From Elsinoe ampelina (taxonomy: Eukaryota), in assembly GCA_010093995.1 (NCBI GenBank), contig ML992514.1, positions 159,437-223,436 on the forward strand: DNA of 64,000 nucleotides, given 5' to 3'. Position 1 is the first letter of the stretch, and the number at the start of each line of letters is the position of its first letter. Under the pieces are notes generated by a model. That model was not told the origin of the DNA and searched no databases. It saw only the letters and a program-made list of their open reading frames with translations. Shown here piece by piece: positions 13,018 to 23,902 of the stretch. The translations under genes were made by a program, and so were the position numbers.

Positions 13018-13836
13018 ATGGCCTGGCGATGTTCCGGCAAGACCAACACCGAGCTTGTTCAGAACATGTTCAACGCTGGACTCATCACCTCTGAACGAGT
13101 CAAGGAAGCCATGCTAAAGGTACATTTCACTTCCAAAATACTCATTTCGCATGCGAGACCTCATCGCACATAACCTCCCAAACACATAGTTCCCCAGTCA
13201 ATATCTATATTCTAGCAAAATGTATTAACCCTCAACCCCCCTCAGGTCGACAGAGCGCACTACACCCCCCTCTCGCCGTACTCCGACTCCCCGCAACCCA
13301 TCGGCCACCGCGCCACCATCTCCGCGCCCCACATGCACGCCGCAGCCTGCGAATCACTCCTCCCTTACCTCCACCCGGGCGCTAGAGTCCTCGACATAGG
13401 TTCCGGATCGGGCTACCTCACGCATGTCCTCGCCGAGCTGGTCCAGCCCGGCGGTAAGGTAGTGGGGGTGGAGCACATTCCTGCGCTGGTGGAGCTGGCG
13501 AGGGGGAACACGGGGAAGTCGGAGGGGGGAAGGGGGTTGTTGGGGAGTGGAGGGGTGAGGTACGTGAGGGGGGATGGGAGGGTGGGGTGGCGGGACGATG
13601 GGGGGGAGGGGATGGGGTGGGATGCGATTCATGTGGGCGCCGCGGCGGCGGGGGGGTTGGAGGGGGTGAGGAGGTTGGAGGAGCAGTTGGGGAGGCCGGG
13701 GAGGATGTTTGTCCCTGTGGAGGAGGAGGGGGGGGAGCAGTGGGTTTGGGTGGTGAGTAGGGATGAGAAGGGGGAGGTGAGGAGGGAGAGGGGGGTGGGG
13801 GTTAGGTATGTGCCGTTGACGGATGCGCCGGAGTAG
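13018..13836 (+). CDS. PCMT1: Protein-L-isoaspartate O-methyltransferase (PIMT)
   Basis: MAWRCSGKTNTELVQNM, intron 13120-13245, TISAPHMHA, VLDIGSGSGY, DAIHVGAAA and VRYVPLTD. Confidence 0.93.
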
Positions 13837-14929
13837 ATTGGGTAAATTGGTGATCTTCTCGTAATGTTCGTACAGTCTGGTGTGGATATGTCACATCGTG
13901 TTCTGGTGGTGCTTGAGCGCTGGGTTCTCAAGATGCTTTCGAGTCATGCTGAGCTCGGTCCGATGTCTGCTTGACTCTTGTCGGATGTGGTGCCCTGGGG
14001 CAAGCCGAATCGCTGGCACCAACTCCGGGCTGCAAACTCGCACCACCTGCAACCTTATCTGGGCGGCTCAAGCTTCAAGCTTCTGATGCCTGCAGGCGGG
14101 AAAGCGTCATGACCAGACGATCAAGTCACGGTCAATAATCTCCAGCTAGCTTCGCTGCTCAAAACAGGTCTTTACCTCAAATACAGGGACACGTCAACAT
14201 GCAGCAGCACAATTAGGGCCTGAGCTCGTTCCTTGAACGACAGTGGGTTTTGGAACTGCGGTGAGCTCCGTTTTTGTGTTCAAGATCTCGGCGACGTGTC
14301 TCGCACAGATCTTTAGATCTCGAGATCGATGGACGGATGCAGATTCGTTCATCGCTTGCCAAATTCTGACCAGCACTCGAGGCGCGAGCAACACACCCTC
14401 TTTTTCACGCTCCAACTGACCACGTGTGGATTGTGCTTCTTTGACGGCGGAAATTCTCGTCGAGCGGCAGGAATAATTGGATCATTACTTCGCAATTATT
14501 ATCGTTAAACCTTCGTTTGTCATTTTGGCTCTTTACGATCTTCACCGCGGCGGAGTTCGCACATGCAAACCTGTATCGATCGAAGATTTGCCAGATTCGC
14601 ATCGTCGCAACCCCTTCCCGTCGGTCTGGCCCCGCAAAACTCTAAGCGATTCTTTCCCAGCACCGGAAATCCTGCGCCCTCGCTGTCATCGGGCCCTTTT
14701 GGCAGAAACTTCAACGTCGACCTGGACACCTTCTTGACCCTGGTGACGTAGGAATTTCTCTGACCAACGCAACCCTTCTCTCCTACGCCTCACCTCTCTC
14801 AGTCCCGGTGAGCCCCGGTATAGAGTCTTGTGAAGCATTCTCCGGGCTGCCTTCGGACTTTTCTTCCGGAACATATCCTCGACTCCGCGGGTGCCTAGGT
14901 CAGAAGACGCATGAGGCACGACATTGGTC

Positions 14930-17279
14930 ATGCCTCGCGAACACAAGAAGCGAGGCAAGAGGGGAGGCAAGAAGCGCAAGCTCGAAGAAGATGGTGAAGA
15001 CCTGCCCGAGTCGTCGAAACGAACGAGATTAGAAAATGGGGAGGAAGATGGGCACAAGAATGGGATATCCGGAGATACAGACGGCTTGGCTGAGAACAAC
15101 GACTATCAACCGCTTGAGCAAAATGGAGTGCAGCAAGAACCATATGCGGGTGATGCGAATGAGAAGATCTTCTTCGGGATGCTGGACGAGGATGAGCAGG
15201 AGTTCTTCAAGAAGGCAGACGAGAGGCTGGAGCTAGACGACTTCGAGGGACCTGAGGATAAGGCGCAGTTCCTTGAGGGAGTGTACAGGGAAGCGGACGG
15301 AAAAGAGTTGAAGCTCGCCTGCAGTCAGAGCTGTTCGAGGGTGTTGGAGAGGTTGATTCAGCTATCCTCTTCGCAACAACTCAGCAAGCTGTTTCAGAAG
15401 TTCAACGGACAGTGAGTTACGTACGGCACCAGGTTGGACAACAGCTGACAGTCATAGTTTCTTGCCGCTTGTACAACATCGCTTCGCCTCGCATTGCTGC
15501 GAGAAGCTCTTCATCAAAGCGGCCCCGATCGTGACAGAAGAGTTGCTGCACAAGGGCGGCGACAAGTTCCAAGGTCTGTCCGATGACGACGTCTGTGTCT
15601 CCATGGAGGATCTTTTCCTGCATACAGTTGCGGAACTCGAGAGCAACATCGGTTTCCTCATCACGGACCGATTTGGCTCTCATGCTCTTCGAGTCTTGCT
15701 CCTCGTCCTGGCCGGAGAACCCCTCACGAGCCCGTCGCAGAAGTCGTTACTTTCTAGCAAGAAGAAAGAGCATGTCGCTCGGGAGAAGTCAAATGACGAA
15801 ACCGAGATTAGGCTGGATCGCAAGCGAACGGTCCCAAAAGCATTCGCACAAGCGCTAGAGAAGATCCTGCATGACTGCGCCACTGGACTTCATACAGCTG
15901 GTCTACGAACGCTTGCGACACATCAGCTCGGTAGTCCAATCCTACAAGTCCTGGTTCGACTAGAATTGATCCACTTTGGCAAGGCACGAGCAAAAGAGGA
16001 GGGCTCGATCATCCGCACACTGTTCCCTGAGGATCCTGTCACGCAAGAGACGGAGAGCGCAAGCTTCATAAATGGGCTCAACTATGACCCGGTTGGCTCG
16101 CATCTTCTGGAAGCTGTGATTGAGAATGCCCCAGGCAAGATGTTCAAGCACTTGTACAAGGAGTTTTGGAAGGACCGAATGGCTTCACTGTCACGCAACG
16201 AGGTCGCCGTCTACATTGTCTGCAAGATATTGGAGCGCTTGGGACGAGATGATCTTATTGATGCTCATGAGCTGATAGTCGGTGTGCTCCCCGATTTGCT
16301 CGACCGGAACAGGATATCAGTCATCAAGACTTTAATCCAGCGGTGTGCAGTCCGCAACGTGGACACACAAGCCATTGCGGTGGCCCTCAATGCATACTAC
16401 TCAGAAGAGGACGACGAGTTTGATCTACTCAAGCTTCTCCGCCTTGACAAAGGAGAACTGGAGGATGCATATAAGCGACGACCACGAGTACAGCCACCTC
16501 CGGAAGGTGCCTTGACTGCAAGGCAGACCGTGTCAGTCGAGCCGTCCTCAGCGCCACCGCCAGTCACTCGCACGAGACCACCTTCAAGCTCAGATCCGGC
16601 CAGAGTGCAAGGGTCAGTCTTGGCTCAGGCCATGATCCTAGTCCCCGGCCCGCTTTCTGGCCTCATCTTCGACTCCATGTCTCGACTGCCGCCACAAGTT
16701 CTGATTGCCATGGCTATTGATCCCGTGGCTTCTCGGACGGTGCAAGCAACCATGAGAAGCACAAACGCCTCGATCATTCCCAGGCGGAAACTAGTCCAGC
16801 AGTTCTACGGTCACATTGGTGAAATGTCGTTGGATGTATCGGCTTCGCACGTGGTTGATGCTATCTGGGAAGGGACACATGGGCTTGCATTCATCCGTGA
16901 GCGCATTGCAGAGGAGCTGGCCGAGAATGAGGGTCAACTACGAGAGTCACCATATGGTCGAGCTGTGTGGAAGAACTGGAAGATGGATCTATACAAGAGA
17001 CGCAGGCCAGAATGGGTCATGCAGAGCAGGAACAAAGCCAGCAATGATGGCTTTCAGAGTTTTGAAGAGCTGGATCTCAACAAGAAGAAGATGGATACTG
17101 ATATGAATGGCAAGAAAGCAGAGGGTATACCTGCGCCAGGCGAAGTGAAGGAGAAATCTGCGCTCGAGAAGGCCAGGGATCGGCATTTCGCCCGCAAGCA
17201 GAAAGGTCGAGAGAGCAAGAGCCAAAGCAGCGGGAGGAGTGAAGGAGGACCTGCGGGTGCAAGCACCACTGCTGTATAG
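14930..17279 (+). CDS. NOP9: Nucleolar protein 9 (PUF-like 40S biogenesis factor)
   Basis: MPREHKKRGKRG, FFGMLDEDEQEFF, KELKLACSQSCSRVLERL, intron 15412-15457, HRFASHCCEKL and GRAVWKNWKMDLYKRR. Confidence 0.92.
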
Positions 17280-17843
17280 AGGTCGGAGATCCAGAATCGG
17301 GCGGCGACGAGATCACGAGAAGTGGCAATCAGAAGAATCACAAAAGAAGATGGATCAGATGGCGTTCGCATAGCACGATAATCTCTTGCTACTTGATGGG
17401 CTGTAAAATAATTCCATATATGCATACGACTGGCAAGTCAGATGGGCTGGATAGTAGGTGGGAAATTCACTTTGTCTGAGACATACTCCGTCCTACGCTC
17501 CCGTTCACCTGTCAGACTGTTCTATGCCACAAGTGGTCACAATTGCATCCCTAGCGCCAGATCTCATCCAGATCTCACCACGGCTGATCTGCAAGATGGT
17601 GTGCCATGTCGTCATCTCCGATTGGACGATGATGTCCACTTTCGACCAGAAATTTTGTCGTTCATGGCATTTGACGACGACGAGTGATCCGATGGTCTCT
17701 TTGACACTTGCAGCTACATACTAGTATTTTGATATAGTAACTCACTATATCATAGACTTCGCGTAGCCTGCACCGTTTAGACTACTTGATCACGCCATCG
17801 CCTCCTGCATCCTCATCCCCCACAGCTTAAAGCAGCCGCAAGC

Positions 17844-19498
17844 ATGGCCGCCAACCACACCTCACTCCCATCCCGCCCAGCAGCAGAGGACACTCCCAAC
17901 CGAGCCGCCGAACTCGAAGACGTAAGCCCCTCCCTCGCATATCCCTCCATCACCACCCCCTTACCCCCTTCCAGCTCCTCCACTCCATCCTCCCTCTCCT
18001 CACCACCCACATCTCCACCGCCGACGCCGCCACCCCCTCCAAATCCACCGGCCACGGCCTCCAAACCCCCGGCTCCGGCCCCCGCACCGCCCTCACCGAA
18101 CACCACCCCCCACCCAAACTCACCTCCCTCCTCTCCCTCACCCTCCCCTCCGCGGCAGGCGGCAAAGACGCCCTCATCCCCCTCGTGCAACGCCTGCTCC
18201 AATACAGCGTCAACACATGGGACCAAGGCTTCCTGGACAAACTCTACGGCAGCACCAACCCCATCGGCGTGGCGAGCGAGCTCATCCTCGCGGTGCTCAA
18301 CACAAACGTGCACGTCTTCTCCGTCTCCCCCGCCCTCACCGTCGTGGAGAAAACAGTCACGCGCGAACTCGCGCGCATGTTCGGCTTCGGCGGGGCGCAC
18401 GCGGGGGGCGTGAGCCAGCCCGGGGGCTCGGCGGGCAACGGGCTGAGTATGGTCGTCGCGCGCAACAAATTATTCCCTGACACGAAGACCGGGGGCCTCG
18501 GGGGCAGGAAGTTTGTCCTGTTCACGAGTGCCCACGGGCATTATAGTCTCGAGAAGGCGGCGCAGATGTATGGTTTTGGCAGCGAGAACGTGAGAGGGGT
18601 GCCGGTGGATGGGAGGGGGAGGATGAAGGCTGAGGAGTTGGGGAGGTTGGTCGCGGAGGCGAGGGGGAGGGGGGAGACGCCGTTTTATGTGAATGCCACG
18701 GCGGGCACGACGGTGTTGGGGAGTTATGATCCTTTCAGGGAGGTGGCGGAGGTTTGTGAGAGGGAGGGGTTGTGGTTGCATGTTGATGCGAGTTGGGGTG
18801 GGCCGGTGGTGTTTAGTGGGATGCAGAGGGGAAAGTTGGAGGGCGTGGAGAGGGCGGATTCGGTGGCGTTTACGCCGCATAAGATGTTGGGGGTGCCGTT
18901 GACGTGTAGCTTTTTGATTGTCAAGGATGTGAGGGTGTTGCAGAAGTCGATGACGTTGCCGGCTGGGTATTTGTTTCATGGGGATGAGGAGGATGAGTCG
19001 GTGGTGGATGGCACGGTGCCGGTGGATGGGGTTGTCAAGGTGCCGGTCGAGGAAAAGCAAGAGGAGTTTTGGGATCTGGCGGATCTGACGCCGCAATGTG
19101 GAAGAAAGGGTGAGGCGTTGAAGCTGGCGTTGGGATGGGTGTACTATGGTACGGAAGGATATGAGGAGCTGGTGGATGATGCGTTCGACACGGCGGCATA
19201 CATGGCTCAACAGGTGCAGGAGAAGGAAGCCTTCACACTCATCTCGGAGAACCCACCACCTTGCCTACAGGTCTGTTTCTACTACGGCAAGAAGACTGGT
19301 GAAGGAGCAAAGGCGAAGAACAGCAAAATCACAGCCACAGTTGCGAAGAAGCTGGTACCACGAGGCTTCATGATCGATTACGCACCGGGTGAAGAAGGAC
19401 AGTTTTTCAGAGTTGTGGTCAATGGTCAGACGACAAAGGGCACTATAGATGGCATTCTCAAGGCGATAGAGGATATCGGCAAGGATGTTGCTGTATAG
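17844..19498 (+). CDS. Group II PLP-dependent decarboxylase (GAD/CSAD/aspartate decarboxylase-like)
   Basis: ATG 17844, intron 17922-17974 gives one continuous frame. Motifs YSVNTWDQGFLDKLY, TAGTTVLGSYDP, LHVDASWGG and the PLP lysine motif TPHKMLGVP. Confidence 0.88.
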
Positions 19499-19974
19499 AG
19501 AAATAGGGGGCTGGAATTCACGCACGTGGTCCACTTTGCGTCGAGCTTAAATTTGTTCCCACTTTGCGCTGTCCTCTTCTCTTCTACTACAACTTTCAAT
19601 TTACCAACGCTGAATTTCTGCTCATATGATGAGCCTGATGCGCATTTGAGTATTCCTGAGCGACTTGAGATGATGATATTGCACAACGAGACTCGATGGA
19701 CATTTGTTCGAGCAACTTGGCCGACTTCCAGCCACCGGCTTCTGAAGCCCACCCTTTGTCTCCACCCTCCCTCCTATATCGCTCTCTATACTTGCTCACC
19801 ATACACCGTACCTGTCCGCTAGTACAAATCAGCAAGATCACGACTGGTATGATGCAAATCACTGCAACAGAATAGGTAGGCTCCACAGTGTGTGATCTCC
19901 CGGGCGCGGCGCTGGGTATACCTATGGCCTGTCCCCAGGCATTCTCCCTTTCCTTCTCTCATAACAACTTTCAG

Positions 19975-22320
19975 AACATTTTGTTAAAGTAATACTTTAA
20001 CAATTATTTTAACAATTTTTAAAACTCTTCCTCCTCTCCCCCCTCCCCCTCCTCACCATGGTGGTAAGTGGCCTTTCTCTTGTGATGTTTCCTGGTTTTC
20101 TCTTTTCCCTCTTCCTTTGACTGTATGTCTTGCAAGATGCTGCCTTGATTGGCAGCCTGTCTCTTCTCCTGGTCTTTTTACATCTCGCTCGATCAGAGCT
20201 TCTGGTAGTTTCTCCCGACTCAAGTGCTGACTTTTGGCAGAGGTTGACTTGCCCACCCCGGCACGGGTGGTAGTGCCTCCTGAAGCGGGAGGTGTTCTGG
20301 TGGAAGGTCCGGCTGGGCCTCCGCCACCCCATGTCTGTAAGTTGACAACCTTCCCTGATCAGGCATGCAGGCCCTGGTAGTTTGTCTGCTGGTGTTACTA
20401 CCAGATCCTGGCTCTTTTCTGGCAATCTAGCCACATGGAAGAGTTGTCTGGTAGTACCTTTGCAGCTGCCTACCAGGTCCTGCAGGAATCTGGCAGCTTG
20501 CCATACTCCGAATTTTGGCCCCCTGGTAGTACCTGCTAACACGTGATAGCACCCCAAGTACTCTCCCCCTCGGGAGCTCTCTCCTCGTAAGTCTTGCCCA
20601 ACTTTTATACTACCAGAGCATGACTGACTCTGGTAGTATGGGACACATCCGAAGAGGGGCATGACCCCTGGGAACATCCCATGTTCCCGGGGTGGCCACC
20701 CCGAAACCCGCCGAAGCTCCCGGCGAAAGTAAGTGAAACTACCACACTGCCGGTGTTCTGGTAGTACCAACAGCAGGATGTGGTGCTGACGGGCCTGCAG
20801 TTTTAGTCCGCATCTTGGACGGACGACCTTCTCTGGTACGACCCACACTCATTTAACAACCACAATCACCAACCACGCACCACACTCATTTACAACGCAC
20901 CACACTCACTTAACCACCAAAAAACACAAAAAAAAACCAAAAAAAGCACCCGCAATCACTTCTGGCCTTCGCTGGCCGCGGTCTACATTGAGGCTGTCTT
21001 TCTAGCAGGGATCACTGGACAACGACAACATTCGCTGGCGACGGTCTACATCACGTCCTTCTTTTCTGGATATCACGCTTCATGACGAATGGCCTCGAGA
21101 GACATGGGCAGCAGGCTCAGAGGCTTGAAAATTTTCAATTCCTGCTCATCCACGGTCCTTTCTGACAGGGATCTCACTCCCCACCAACATTCACTAACTA
21201 AATGGCAACGACAGCGACTACTACCCACCAAAAAAACCGGCAAAACTGGCTACGGATCACCTCAGCGGGCAGAGAACACAATTCCCACATTTCAAGCCGA
21301 AATCGACCCACCACGTCTTGGTCCAACGATGATGTCTACCAGAGCCTTTACCCTCTTAGGTACCTCATCAGCGGAGCCAAGACTTAAGCAACCATTACCC
21401 TCAACGCCTACTCCAACGATGTGGTCGGCCGGAGACTTTACTCTCCAGGTGCCCATCGGTAGTGCGAATCGGCATATCAAACCTCTCCCAAAGAACCCGC
21501 CTGCAATGAGAAGAGAATCCCGAAGCCTGAGCCACCAAACATCCTCGCCTGTCAGCCATCGTGAATCAAACGACCTCAACCCAGCATGGCGCAGTTGCAA
21601 CATACATAGCAGCTGCCGCCTGTTCGACGATATCACCCACAACGTCGACACCGCAAACAGTCAGAACTCTGGTACCGTCGAGTCAGCGTATACAGACTCC
21701 GGAACCCTGCTCTCTACGGATCGAGCAGAACAAATGGCCTGCAAATATCACATCACAACAAGCAAAGGTCGCCTGGCCCGACCGAACGTGTCAGTACTTG
21801 AGCATGATATCCGGACCTGGACCTAGACTTGTCAGACCGCGGGTGCTTACTGGTTTCCTGAGTGTGGTGCTCAATGCGTCATTGAGTGTGGTCTTACTGG
21901 ATCTACTGGACTGGACCAACAAGACATCGTACACGACCTTCTATAGAGAGCTTGCGAGAGGGGAGAGAGAGACATCCACCAGAACACTTCCTGCACTGAC
22001 TACCGCCGGGTGAGGAGGGGGGAGGGGAGGAGAGAAGGCTTGGAAGCATCACGACTACAATCATCACCTACGACAACAGGGCTGGTAGTTTTACCGCCCC
22101 AGTTACTACCAAACGCCATCGTCACTACCCTCGAATCCGCACAACCCGTCGCCCACGACAACTGGGCTGGTAGTGGTGATCCCAATTACTACCACCCGCC
22201 ATCACTACTACCGAAACATATCACGACCAGCTACGCCGCCATCCTCACTGCTATCATTACTACCAGCCATCACCACGACATTCCCACCACGCCCACTTCA
22301 TCATTGCCAGGGAAAATACA
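19975..22320. other. Gene-free island: candidate decayed mobile element or pseudogene relic
   Basis: AT-rich left edge with an inverted repeat, 20 copies of GGTAGT/ACTACC, intron-like signals on + with stop-ridden frames, an A-rich tract at 20919-20945 and short imperfect direct repeats. No transposase or RT motif was recognised. Confidence 0.35.
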
Positions 22321-23024
22321 GCGGAGGACAAAAGGGTCCCATCAGGTCAGCATTGTCGGGGATCTTGTACAGTCAGAATCATGGAATGACCTTGCTGCTG
22401 ATGGAGGGATTGAACAGAGTCGTCGTCAAGGACGGGAGGAGGGAGGAGGATACCATATATGCCCACGAAGGCACAGCCCATGAAGGCTTTAATGAGATCA
22501 CGATTCTGACGCCCCCCAATTGCTCTCTCTCTTCTGCATTGTGCCGACATCGTGACTTTGTGTTTGATGTACCTGGTCTTCCGCATATATATCTGAAGGC
22601 CGCTTTGGTAACTCACCGCTCGTGACTTCTTGACGCCGCTGCCGCCAACGATTTCGCACCTCATTTGTCACAGGCGCTTAAGAATTCGTCGTTCTGAAAG
22701 GCACACCCCAATCTTTCCAAATGCGATGCGGGCGCTTGACGTGGTTTCAGACTGGCGGCTGTCAGAATTCCCCGCTACAGTAGTGAAGTGGTTAACACCA
22801 AATTGCAGTGAATCGATACCATTTGACAGCGTCTCTGCCCGACACCGAAACAGCCATCCCCGCTTCCGCCACCCAGCTCATCCCGTAGCAACCCACGTGC
22901 CTCGTTCGTGGGGGAAACTTCCCTGTAGCTTCTTGCTGGCGGCTCCAGTGGGTTTGAGTGTCCCCGTACGCCCTCCAGAAATTGCCCTCGTAAGTCACGA
23001 TCTGCCTGAGTCGAGTAGAACAAT

Positions 23025-23465
23025 ATGCCACCCCAACAGCGCCGCTTCGTCTATCTTCTCATCGCGAGCATCGGCTTCACCATGACGGTGATGGGCTACA
23101 TCTACCAGCATAGATCAGAAGACGCAGTGCCTACGCCACTCGCCCGTTCTTCATTTGCAAAGGACTGCACCAGTGAGCAGCAGTGGGTACTGCGCGCTGA
23201 GTCGACTCCATCCATCACGGCCTCCACATTCAGCATCAGCAGTGAACTTGTCAATACGAGATCGTATCACGAAGAAGTGGCGACGACACCATCGGTGACG
23301 ATCACTATCGCGACCAAGAGTATATCTCCTTGGGATTATATTACGCACTCGCCACCTGTCTTCGATCGAGATGGTCGCTACAGCTATTGCGTTGATGTAA
23401 TGGGCGACTGGAACACAGAAGGGATGCGTGAGACCATCAGATCGTTCTGCGTGGAGAAAGAATGA
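23025..23465 (+). CDS. Small hypothetical protein with N-terminal membrane anchor
   Basis: ATG-initiated 146-aa ORF: RRFVYLLIASIGFTMTVMGYIY hydrophobic helix, Thr/Ser-rich stalk and a Cys pair near the C-terminus. No family recognised. Confidence 0.45.
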   Translation: MPPQQRRFVYLLIASIGFTMTVMGYIYQHRSEDAVPTPLARSSFAKDCTSEQQWVLRAESTPSITASTFSISSELVNTRSYHEEVATTPSVTITIATKSISPWDYITHSPPVFDRDGRYSYCVDVMGDWNTEGMRETIRSFCVEKE

Positions 23466-23902
23466 TCATTCATGTACATTATGTTCTTCATCAATGTCTT
23501 GGATGTACGGCGGATTCGGTCCGAATGGGAAGAGGCCGACTGATCACCAAATTTGGCGTGAACCGCCGCCAGATCTGAGCGTGGGTTTCAGAGGTCCTCC
23601 GACGTCAGCACGATCGTTACATTCCTTGATACATTAACGATAGCTGTCACACGTTGCAATCAACTGCAAGCGCGCGGCGACTGGTGCTCTTGTACCCTCA
23701 TCATATCGTCACCATATTCTGCCATCAACCTGTCCAGCTTCGATATTCCTTTCGCCCATCACAACCAGCGAGAAAACAGGCTCCGCTTCTCCCCGCATCC
23801 CCCAAAGCGTTCGCATCGAATTCCGATAGCCGAGGGCCTGGACTCTCAATAGCCTGAGCTCCTTCGAAGCTTTGCCAGGAAGCTTGGAGTTATAGCTGCA
23901 GC

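Noticed and set aside
14100..14920. Intergenic region before NOP9 as a possible RNase P/MRP or snRNA locus
   Set aside because: Only partial GGAAAT matches were seen, and no conserved CR-I/CR-V pairing or snRNA signature.
19670..19745. ATGATGA..CTGA pair resembling a C/D snoRNA
   Set aside because: No terminal stem, no D'/C' boxes and no rRNA complementarity I could recognise. It lies in the decarboxylase 3' region.
20009..20848. 279-aa minus-strand ORF as a transposase or gag protein
   Set aside because: GTG start, no DDE, RT, zinc-knuckle or other recognisable motif, and the splice-like signals point to the opposite strand.
20968..21051. Repeat-spacer-repeat pattern as a CRISPR-like array
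   Set aside because: Only two imperfect copies, in a eukaryotic genome with no cas genes.
21089..22013. 245-aa and 150-aa overlapping ORFs in the island
   Set aside because: No domain, codon-bias or splice support, so they could not be distinguished from chance ORFs.
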